A stretch of DNA of 20,387 nucleotides from a candidate division WOR-3 bacterium. Its GTDB lineage: Bacteria; Hydrothermota; Hydrothermia; Hydrothermales; Hydrothermaceae. Made by a program: the position numbers and the translations under genes. Under the pieces are notes generated by a model. That model was not told the DNA's origin. It saw only the letters and a list, made by a program, of their open reading frames with translations, and did no database searches. Location: positions 1 through 20,387 of the forward strand of contig JBDRZD010000033.1 in the NCBI GenBank assembly GCA_039803745.1, in the 5' to 3' direction. Below are positions 8,809 through 16,858 of the stretch, piece after piece. The stretch's first letter is position 1, and every line of letters begins with the position of its first letter.

Positions 8809-8814
8809 ATTATA
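8809..8814 (-). promoter_or_regulatory. -10 box (TATAAT) 7 nt upstream of the sulfotransferase ATG; probable leaderless promoter
   Basis: Plus-strand ATTATA at 8809-8814, ATG at 8801, no SD. Confidence 0.55.
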
Positions 8815-8833
8815 AAGAATTTAATGGGCTCTA

Positions 8834-10978
8834 TTAAAATATTTTAAGTATTTTTCTGGTAATTTCTTTATCCCTTTCACCTTTTATCTTTATAAAATAT
8901 ATACCCTTTTTAAATTTTAAAGGGATCTCCTTTTTACCTTTTAAAAGGAAAAATTCCTTATATACATTTCTTCCTGTTATATCATAAATAAAAACAAACA
9001 AATTGTCTTTCTCAAGATTCAAAATTAATTTACCATTTTTATAAAAGCAATATTCATCTTTTACTTCTTTTTCACCTATATCCACAGGACTCATATAAGA
9101 AAATTTTATTGCATCTGATATAACAACCTCACCATTTGTTGAATTTGAATACAAAATTAAATAAAAAGGTGAGATTAAAGTAAAAGTATCGCAAAAAATC
9201 CAGCCAACTTCGTTTATTCCTTGAGAATATTGATTTACATAAAAATCAAAGGTGCCATTTTGAGCATAGATTCTATAATGAGCATTTTGGGTTCTATTAT
9301 ATCCCTTTCTTGCAAAAACTCTTACTTCATAAATTCCAGAAGGTAAAAATGAAAAATCATATTTAACAGAATCGTTCTGATATGTATAAGCCCATCTATA
9401 ATCGGATAAATATCCTGTATAGGATGATAAATTCCAGTTACCATAAAATTGGCAAAGTGAATCTCCATCATCTATTAAATAAAATGGAAAAATATCAATA
9501 GAATTTAAAAATCTAAATTTGATTGCATCAAAGGCAATCTTTTTCCCGGAGACATTAGAAGTATCACCAAGAGTTACGCATCCATTAATATAATTTCCCT
9601 CCTTTGGCATCGGATATATTCCAAGGCTTTTCCATTGCCCATTAAAATTACCCTGATTAACCCAGTAAGGAGTTATATTAATCAAATTATAAATTTTGTA
9701 TCTTACATAAGCATTAAATTCAGTATCTGCTGGTATATAAGCAAATATTTCATAATCCCCTGTATCGGGTAAATTGGGTGTCCATCTTGCCCAGTTTGAA
9801 ACAGGATTTGTCCATGTATATGTCCAGAAAATATGACCACCATATCCATATCCAACATTATCTTTAAACCACCAAGAAGAATAGGGTCCTCCCCTTTTAA
9901 ACCCTTTTGTAAGGTCATCAACTATTGTATCTGGATAAGGCAAATATCCAACAAGTCTCATATAATATGTCCAGTCCCAGTAAGGACCCGGGTCTGTATG
10001 TGTTGCTCCCGGAACCTCATTATGTCCTATTATATGCTGTCTATCATAAGGAACACCAAATAAATTAATCATTGACCTTGTTATATAAGCAGATTTTTTA
10101 TACATCTCATCAGTATACCATCCATTCTGTTCAATCCAACCCTCATGTTCTGTTCCAATACTTTTTGTATTATATGTCCAGTTTCCTGCATGCCATGCAA
10201 TATCCTTATGGCGAACCATCTGGGTTGAATGACCATCATATGATCTTAAAACATAATGGGCAGAAACATTAGAATTTGGATTTCTGAACCATGCAATTGT
10301 TCCTTCATATGTTCCCTGTGCAGTATGAATTATAACATATTGAATTGGATATGTATATGGTCTATTTGAAACTGTAAAGTTTGAAGAATCTGCATAGATA
10401 AATTGATTAATACTATCAAGTTCTGGTGTCTCAAAAATTTCTTCCTTGATCTCTATTTCCTTCCCTTCAACTTCAATTATTCCCTCTTTAAATCCCTCTT
10501 TATAAATTTCAAAAAACCTCTTTAATTTAAATTCATTTCCTTTAAAATATTTTAAAAGTGCCTTTTCTAAATTATTGTTTTCTTCATCCAAATATTTTTT
10601 CAAAAGATATGCTGAAAACCTAATATTGTTCTCCGCGTCACCAGCAATAATTTTCAATTTACCCTTATAATGAATCTTTGTCTTTCCTATATCATGAAGT
10701 TCACATTCAATTTCAAAATCAGGAACATTTTTAAGTTTAATTTCATCAATAAAGATAGTATCTTCTTCAGAAATTCCCATTATACCATACTTTCTATCAA
10801 TTGACGGACATTTTATATGATGAAATCTTGTTTCCATATAACCTATGATTTTCAAAATATTTGCATCAATACCGAATTCCTTTGCAGAGTTTTCCATTAT
10901 TTCTTTATATTTTTCAAGTTCCTTAATTCTTTCAGAAGGAGGAGCAAGGATTATAAATATTATAAAAAATTTTGTCAT
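8834..10978 (-). CDS. Secreted N-acetylmuramoyl-L-alanine amidase (Amidase_2) with N-terminal lysozyme/SLT-like domain, two golvesin-like beta domains and a T9SS-type CTD
   Basis: Amidase_2 motifs IIHTAQG, SAHY, AWHAG, IGTEHEG, IIGHNEV and HTDPG. N-terminal AKEFGID..IGYMETRF..YGIMG..NNIRFSAYLL. Two repeats of the form I(V/I)DD...DAIKF. CTD motifs IYDITGR, GIYFIKI and RKILK. SD AGGAGG. Confidence 0.88.
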   Translation of the reverse strand: MTKFFIIFIILAPPSERIKELEKYKEIMENSAKEFGIDANILKIIGYMETRFHHIKCPSIDRKYGIMGISEEDTIFIDEIKLKNVPDFEIECELHDIGKTKIHYKGKLKIIAGDAENNIRFSAYLLKKYLDEENNNLEKALLKYFKGNEFKLKRFFEIYKEGFKEGIIEVEGKEIEIKEEIFETPELDSINQFIYADSSNFTVSNRPYTYPIQYVIIHTAQGTYEGTIAWFRNPNSNVSAHYVLRSYDGHSTQMVRHKDIAWHAGNWTYNTKSIGTEHEGWIEQNGWYTDEMYKKSAYITRSMINLFGVPYDRQHIIGHNEVPGATHTDPGPYWDWTYYMRLVGYLPYPDTIVDDLTKGFKRGGPYSSWWFKDNVGYGYGGHIFWTYTWTNPVSNWARWTPNLPDTGDYEIFAYIPADTEFNAYVRYKIYNLINITPYWVNQGNFNGQWKSLGIYPMPKEGNYINGCVTLGDTSNVSGKKIAFDAIKFRFLNSIDIFPFYLIDDGDSLCQFYGNWNLSSYTGYLSDYRWAYTYQNDSVKYDFSFLPSGIYEVRVFARKGYNRTQNAHYRIYAQNGTFDFYVNQYSQGINEVGWIFCDTFTLISPFYLILYSNSTNGEVVISDAIKFSYMSPVDIGEKEVKDEYCFYKNGKLILNLEKDNLFVFIYDITGRNVYKEFFLLKGKKEIPLKFKKGIYFIKIKGERDKEITRKILKIF

Positions 10979-11006
10979 TTTATTCCCCTCCTATTTTAAA
11001 CAATAA

Positions 11007-11035
11007 ATTTTACAGTTTTTTTTATAAAAATTCAA
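11007..11035 (-). promoter_or_regulatory. sigma70-type promoter of the amidase gene (TTGAAT-17-TAAAAT)
   Basis: Plus-strand ATTTTA at 11007-11012 and ATTCAA at 11030-11035, 17-nt spacer. Confidence 0.5.
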
Positions 11036-11114
11036 GAATTATTAAATTTTGTATTTTAGATATTCTGCTTTTGTTTTCAAAGTCCTGTAAAGAATTAACT
11101 TCAAACATAATATA

Positions 11115-11603
11115 TTAAAAACAATAACCGAGAGAAAGCCCACCTTGAGGGTAGAACATCCATCCGGCAAAAAAGAAAAGAACACAAGTTATCCTAAACA
11201 TGATGCCTCCTTTCCATGGTTGATAACGATATCCCATGCCTGGCTGGAGTAAAATTTCTTTACCTTCCCATTCCCATACAGTGACACAATAAGAAAACCC
11301 CATGCTTATTTCCAGATTGTGTGGTGAGCCTTGAGAACATAAAGATTGAAGAGAATTTAATGAAAAAATATACACATATCCCACATTATAGAATCCCCAA
11401 GCACCTACCCCTATTCTTACTGTGGAAGACGGAGTAATTCTATAATCTCCATTAATTGAGAGAGAAAGAAGCGGTCCTCCCTGTCCCCCGAGTTCAAAAT
11501 AGATGGATAAAGGTTTAAATTTCTCATCATTTTTATTTTCAATAGTTTCCCCATTTAGTTTTGATACCATAAATGTAAACAAAATTAAATAAAATAATCT
11601 CAA
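11115..11603 (-). CDS. Hypothetical exported protein, possibly a small outer-membrane beta-barrel
   Basis: Signal-peptide-like N-terminus (TTG start). Alternating Gly/aromatic beta strands (IYFELGG, GMGYRYQP) and a terminal GLSLGYCF resembling a beta-signal. Confidence 0.65.
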   Translation of the reverse strand: MRLFYLILFTFMVSKLNGETIENKNDEKFKPLSIYFELGGQGGPLLSLSINGDYRITPSSTVRIGVGAWGFYNVGYVYIFSLNSLQSLCSQGSPHNLEISMGFSYCVTVWEWEGKEILLQPGMGYRYQPWKGGIMFRITCVLFFFAGWMFYPQGGLSLGYCF

Positions 11604-11613
11604 GGTAAATTCA

Positions 11614-14600
11614 TTATTTCAATTTTAAAAATTTTTCCCTTTCTTTAAAAACTGTTTTACCATATTTTTCTGCTGAAAATTCAAAAATGTAAACTCCTTT
11701 TTGGATTTTACCAAGTTTTTCAATCTCTATTTCATAAAATCCAGCTGAAAGATTTTTTAATTTTTCTTCATAGATAATCCTTCCCATAACATCATAAATT
11801 TTTATCTTCCCGGTGCATTCATAAGGGATTGAAATTTTTATAATATTATTCAAAATTTTAAAAGAAAAAACTGAAGGAATTTCGCTTTCTTCAACTTTTA
11901 CTGCACTTATTCTGAATGAATCACTTACCTCATAAATATTTAAATTTGAAGAACTTGAAAGTTTAATCCTTGCATTATTTGAAGAAATTCCCTGAGGGAT
12001 TGTCCATTCATAATTCCCCTGATTATTCTGATTTAAAACTATTGTATTCCATGTTGTTCCACCATCAAGAGAATAATATAGATTTATCTGGGATAAAAAC
12101 CCCTTCATATTCCATGTGATAAAATATTTTCTCTGGGAAAACCATAAGTCTCCAAGAAGAGGAGAAGTAATCTCTATAAATGGTGAAGAAATGATTAATG
12201 TATCACTTAATCCATAAACAAGAGTATTTGAAGAATTTTCTATTTTAATCATTGCTGTATTGGATACAACCTCTGGAACTGTCCATTCATATTTACCTGT
12301 ATTCTGGACATTTGAAGCAATTATCAGCCAGTTCTGCCCACCATCAAGAGAATACCACAAGTTTGCATTTGAAAAATTACCTATTGTCCTCCATGTAATT
12401 GTATATTTTCTTCCATCTAAAAGGGTATCAGAGGCGTAAGGTGAAGTGATTATAATTTGTTGCGGTAAAATTGAAAACCTTTCGCTTATGTCAAAAACCT
12501 GTGGATTTTGAGAACTTGTTATTTTTATAAAACAATTATTGGAGATTGCAGTTGGAACATTCCATTCATAATACCCATTATTATTTACATTTGTTTGAAT
12601 AACATTCCATGTGTTTCCGCCATCAACAGAATATTCAAGATTTACGCTTTGAATTGTCCCTGTCCATTCCCATGTTATATAATATTTTCTTCCTGAAATA
12701 AGTTGAACATTCAAAAAAGGATATATAACATTTATTGTCTGTAAAGGTATTCTGAAAGTATCGCTTATTCCATAAACATTTAAATTTTGAACATTTGAAA
12801 CCTTTACAAGGCAGAAATCTCCCGGTGTATTCGGTATTGTCCATTCATAATTTCCTGAATTTTGTGTGCTTGAAGTTATAACCTGCCATGAGGAGCCACC
12901 ATCTATAGAATATTCAATCTTTGCATTCTGGAAAACTCCTGTATTCCACCATGCTATAAAATATTTTCTTCCTATTATCCATTCCTCATCTTTTTCCGGT
13001 GAATATACAAATATCTTTTGTGGAACAATATTAAAGGTATCGCTTATATCAAAAACATTTGTATTTGCCGAATTTGAAATCTTTATCAAAGCCATGTTAG
13101 AAGGTGTATTCGGGATTGTCCATTCATAAACCTGGTTATTCTGGACATTTAAAGCAACTGTATTCCATGTAACCCCTCCATCAACTGAATATTCAATATT
13201 AACACTTGGGAAAGCACCTGTATAATCCCATGTTAGAAAATATTTTCTTCCAATAATAAAACTATCTCCTGAAACAGGGCTTGTTATGAATATCTCCTGT
13301 GGTATGATTTGAAAAGTATCGCTAATATCCACAACATTTGGATTTTCATAATTTCTTATTCTTACAAGGCAATTATTAGAAGGAGTATTTGGGATAGTCC
13401 ATTCATATTCTCCATCGTTTTGTGTAGGGGATACAATATTAACCCATGTTGCACCACCATCATAGGAATAATCTATAACTGCGTTAGCAAAACTACCATA
13501 GGTATTCCACAATATAAAATATTTCTTTCCAACAACCCATCTTTTTGTGGAATCCGGTGAAACAATCCTTATTTTCTGTAAATGAATTGAAAAACTATCG
13601 CTTATATCCTGTGCAGTGCCATTAACATCTTTAACCATTATTTTACAATTATCAGTTACATAATTGGGCACAGTCCATTCATAACTTTTCTGGGTGTTAG
13701 AGACTGTTGCAATATAAGTCCATGAACCATTATTTATTGAATAATAAATTTCTACCTGGTTTGGACTTGCGAATTGCTGACTGTGCCATGTGATTATACA
13801 TTTATTGCCTATTAAGAATGTATCACCAGAGAGTGGAGACAAAATTTTTAGAGGGATACCAATAAGTGAAGTTGTATCCTGTATTGTAAATGAATCACTT
13901 AATCCTAATCCAGCAGCCTCAACTTTTACAATAGCATTATTTGATAAAAAGGTGTCAACTGCCCAGGTATACCATCCTGTATTTGGGGTATTATTAACAA
14001 TTGTTTTCCAAGTAATTCCGCCATCTATTGAATACTCAATCTCTGCACTTGGTACATCAACTATATAAGTCCAGTAAATTGCATGTTTCCTTTTTATATA
14101 ATAAATATCCTGAAATTTCGGTCTCTTTACCCTTAATGTATCTGGAATTATCACAGGAAAACCATCACTTATGTCAAAATTATCAATATCAGATGTATTT
14201 ACAACTTTTATTAAACATGCACCAGGAAGTCTCCAGTGATAACTTCCATCATTAGCTGTGCTTGTTGTTATTGTTTGCCAGTTTGTTCCATCAAAAGAAT
14301 ATTGAAGCATAACATTCTGAATATTTCCGTTTGTTTCCCATATTATCTCCATATCTTCACCCAAAAAGATTGGCTCACCTCCATTTGGATATATTACTTT
14401 TATAGTAGGTCTTACTATACGAAAAACACCGCTTAATGCATAGGAATTAGGGTCATTAACATTTGTTATTTTAATTCCAGCAGAATCTGAAATATAATAA
14501 GGCATAACAAAATCAAAACTACCATCATTTGGAGTATTATTTGTTATTGTCCACCACTCTACTCCTGACTGTGTTTTATACCAGAGTTCAAGTTTTACTC

Positions 14601-15846
14601 CTGCTGCACTTCCTCGCCAGTCCCAGTGTATTGCATATCTTTCACCTGCTATAAGGGCTTCATCTGCTCTTGGTCTTTTAATTACAAATTCAGTTCTTTT
14701 GATTACAAAATCCTGCGAACTTATATCAAATACATTTGGGTCATCAACATTTGTAATCTTAATCCTTACATTTTGAGAAGGTGTTCCTGGGACCGTCCAT
14801 ATATAACTTCCATCATTTTGAGTTGAACTTGTTATTAAAATCCATGTATTGCCTCCATCAACAGAATATTCAATCTTAACATTTGCAATACTTCCTGTCC
14901 AATTCCAGTGAATAGGGGCATTATCTCCTGGATAAAAAACTTCTCCACCGTCAGGAGTTTTAATTTCAATAGAAGATGATAGGATGGTGAAATTATTATT
15001 GCTTATATCATAAATACTTGGATTTGAAACATCGGATATTTTAATCAAGCAATTTGTTGAAGGAGACGAAGGTATTACCCAGTAATGTGAGCCATCATTT
15101 TGAGTAGATGCAACAATTAAATTCCATGTATTTCCACCATCAACTGAATACTCAATTTTCACATTCTGGATGCTTCCCTCCCAGTCCCATAGAATTGGAT
15201 AAATTTTTCCCATAACAAAATTTTCTCCGCCATTTGGATATAATACTGTAAGTGAATTTGTGGCTATTGTAAAATCGTTATCACTTATATCAGAAGAAGA
15301 AGGGTCATCAAGATTTGTTATTCTTACTCTACATAAATTTGAGGGAGTATTTGGAACTGTCCATGCAAAATCCCCATCATTTGAAGTGGAATTTGTTATA
15401 GTTTGCCATGTTGTCCCGTCTATTGTATATTCAATTTTAACATTTGAAAAATTTCCTGTCCAATCCCATTCTATTGGATAATTATCACCTGCTCTTAAAG
15501 CCTCTCCACCATTCGGCTTCTTAACCCTGATTACCGGTCTTATAATAGAGAAACTTCCATCACTTATATCATATTCAGAAGGATTATTCACATTTGATAT
15601 TTTAACAAAACAATTTGAGGAAACAGTATTAGGGATTGCCCATAGATAACTTCCATCATTTGGTGTTGATGAAGCAATTAAAATCCAGTTTTGTCCACCA
15701 TCAACTGAATATTCAATCTTTACAGAACTTATATTCCCTTCCCAGTTCCAGTGAATCGCCCTTTTTTCTCCAACAGTCCATTCCTCCCCACCATTTGGAT
15801 GGGTGATATATATAGCATTTACAATTAAAAAAATTATATTTATCAC
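11614..15846 (-). CDS. Large secreted/surface protein with 14 tandem ~93-aa Ig-like (Kre9/Knh1-like 'PNGGE') repeats and a T9SS-type CTD
   Basis: Repeat consensus I..PNGGE....G....I.W...G....V.IEYS.DGG.TW..I.....N.G.Y.W.IP...S..C.IKI........DISD..F.I. CTD motifs IYDVMGR, GVYIF and EKFLKLK. GTG start with SD AGGAGG. Confidence 0.88.
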   Translation of the reverse strand: MINIIFLIVNAIYITHPNGGEEWTVGEKRAIHWNWEGNISSVKIEYSVDGGQNWILIASSTPNDGSYLWAIPNTVSSNCFVKISNVNNPSEYDISDGSFSIIRPVIRVKKPNGGEALRAGDNYPIEWDWTGNFSNVKIEYTIDGTTWQTITNSTSNDGDFAWTVPNTPSNLCRVRITNLDDPSSSDISDNDFTIATNSLTVLYPNGGENFVMGKIYPILWDWEGSIQNVKIEYSVDGGNTWNLIVASTQNDGSHYWVIPSSPSTNCLIKISDVSNPSIYDISNNNFTILSSSIEIKTPDGGEVFYPGDNAPIHWNWTGSIANVKIEYSVDGGNTWILITSSTQNDGSYIWTVPGTPSQNVRIKITNVDDPNVFDISSQDFVIKRTEFVIKRPRADEALIAGERYAIHWDWRGSAAGVKLELWYKTQSGVEWWTITNNTPNDGSFDFVMPYYISDSAGIKITNVNDPNSYALSGVFRIVRPTIKVIYPNGGEPIFLGEDMEIIWETNGNIQNVMLQYSFDGTNWQTITTSTANDGSYHWRLPGACLIKVVNTSDIDNFDISDGFPVIIPDTLRVKRPKFQDIYYIKRKHAIYWTYIVDVPSAEIEYSIDGGITWKTIVNNTPNTGWYTWAVDTFLSNNAIVKVEAAGLGLSDSFTIQDTTSLIGIPLKILSPLSGDTFLIGNKCIITWHSQQFASPNQVEIYYSINNGSWTYIATVSNTQKSYEWTVPNYVTDNCKIMVKDVNGTAQDISDSFSIHLQKIRIVSPDSTKRWVVGKKYFILWNTYGSFANAVIDYSYDGGATWVNIVSPTQNDGEYEWTIPNTPSNNCLVRIRNYENPNVVDISDTFQIIPQEIFITSPVSGDSFIIGRKYFLTWDYTGAFPSVNIEYSVDGGVTWNTVALNVQNNQVYEWTIPNTPSNMALIKISNSANTNVFDISDTFNIVPQKIFVYSPEKDEEWIIGRKYFIAWWNTGVFQNAKIEYSIDGGSSWQVITSSTQNSGNYEWTIPNTPGDFCLVKVSNVQNLNVYGISDTFRIPLQTINVIYPFLNVQLISGRKYYITWEWTGTIQSVNLEYSVDGGNTWNVIQTNVNNNGYYEWNVPTAISNNCFIKITSSQNPQVFDISERFSILPQQIIITSPYASDTLLDGRKYTITWRTIGNFSNANLWYSLDGGQNWLIIASNVQNTGKYEWTVPEVVSNTAMIKIENSSNTLVYGLSDTLIISSPFIEITSPLLGDLWFSQRKYFITWNMKGFLSQINLYYSLDGGTTWNTIVLNQNNQGNYEWTIPQGISSNNARIKLSSSSNLNIYEVSDSFRISAVKVEESEIPSVFSFKILNNIIKISIPYECTGKIKIYDVMGRIIYEEKLKNLSAGFYEIEIEKLGKIQKGVYIFEFSAEKYGKTVFKEREKFLKLK
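11905..15813 (-). repeat. 14 degenerate in-frame tandem repeats of ~280 bp encoding Ig-like domains
   Basis: Counted by eye from the translation. Recurrent plus-strand DNA such as CCACCATCAAC..AATATTCAAT and GTCCATTCATA. Confidence 0.85.
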
Positions 15847-15870
15847 GATTCCCTCCTTTTAATTTAATAA

Positions 15871-15900
15871 ATTTTATTTTTTCAATATATTAAAAGTCAA
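15871..15900 (-). promoter_or_regulatory. sigma70-type promoter of the repeat-protein gene (TTGACT-18-TAAAAT)
   Basis: Plus-strand ATTTTA at 15871-15876 and AGTCAA at 15895-15900. Confidence 0.5.
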
Positions 15901-16020
15901 ATCAGAAATATCTTTGTTATCTAAAAGAAATGACATAGAAGAACCTTCAAAGTTATTCCCCTTATGGAGGGTTTATAGAGTGTTTCAAAAATTGCTCCCT
16001 TTTATTCAGAAACTAAAATT

Positions 16021-16613
16021 CTATTCTCTTATTCCTATTCCCAAATAGTAACCATTATAAAAATCATACTTACCACCGTGGAATTTTGTACAGCCTGCTG
16101 AAATAACTGTATTTTTGTTTAAAATAAAACTAAGAGTAAAACTATGCGTATTATAATGCAGGTAAGAATAAGTTAATGTTAGTTTTTCAGGATTTGGGAA
16201 CCCATATAATATTTCACCTTTGAAAAAATAAGGGAAATTTATTCCAAGTTTTATACTAGAAATTGATCGTTCCATAGGGTTTGAGAGTTTACAAAACAAT
16301 CCTACATAGCCATCTAAATTCATATTAAGTGGTTCTTTGGTCTCCCGTTTTAAAAAAAGAAATGCAGAAACCTCACCACCTAATGCTTGAGTTTCATCAA
16401 AACCATGATATCCACCTGCAGTTGCCTGTATTCCATAAGCCTCATAATTTATAAAGGATGTGTTACACCCAAAAGGAGTATATCTTCCCTTTATATAAGC
16501 ACTATTAATTCCTCTATAGAAGTTAGGACCCTTTTTAATAGCAGCTTTATCAAAATTAACAGGGGCTATACAATAATAAATTAAAAAAGTAAAGAAACTA
16601 TTAATTTTTTCAT
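16021..16613 (-). pseudogene. Frameshifted exported/outer-membrane (possibly lipo-) protein gene, ~197 aa if restored
   Basis: The frame of ORF 16021-16323 stays open upstream (..LIYYCIAPVNFDKAAIKKG..KEPLN) but has no start codon. ATG 16613 (MKKLIVSLLF*) is off by one base. Adding 1 nt in either 6-nt homopolymer (16583-16588 or 16605-16610) restores a signal-peptide-bearing ORF. Confidence 0.7.
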
Positions 16614-16649
16614 GATTTTTATAAATTATAAAGTAATTCTATCGGCTAA

Positions 16650-16820
16650 TTAGAAACAGTTTTTTCCTTTTTCTGATGTTGTTTTAAGAAGTTCATCAAA
16701 ACACTCTTTGCAAAGGTATATCTCCTCGGTTATCTTTATAAATGTTAAATCAGGATTGTATATCTTTTTGCATTTTATACATATTTTTTCTTTTTTAATT
16801 TTTCTTTTTTTCTTTTTCAT
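16650..16820 (-). CDS. Small basic C4 zinc-finger protein (56 aa), not in the ORF track
   Basis: Manual translation: MKKKKRKIKKEKICIKCKKIYNPDLTFIKITEEIYLCKECFDELLKTTSEKGKNCF*, containing CxxC-x19-CxxC. Strong SD AGGAGGT just upstream of the ATG. Confidence 0.8.
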   Translation of the reverse strand: MKKKKRKIKKEKICIKCKKIYNPDLTFIKITEEIYLCKECFDELLKTTSEKGKNCF

Positions 16821-16858
16821 CTCTTACCTCCTTTTTCCATTTTAAAATCATAAACCAT

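Noticed and set aside
11905..15813. SxDGGxTW motifs read as BNR/Asp-box sialidase, or the DNA repeats read as a CRISPR array or DGR template
   Set aside because: There is one motif per ~93-aa Ig-like repeat. The repeats are degenerate, in-frame and coding, with no spacers, cas genes or reverse transcriptase in the window.
15959..15971. Possible hairpin CCCT-tatgg-AGGG as a terminator
   Set aside because: A 4-bp stem is too weak to support a call.
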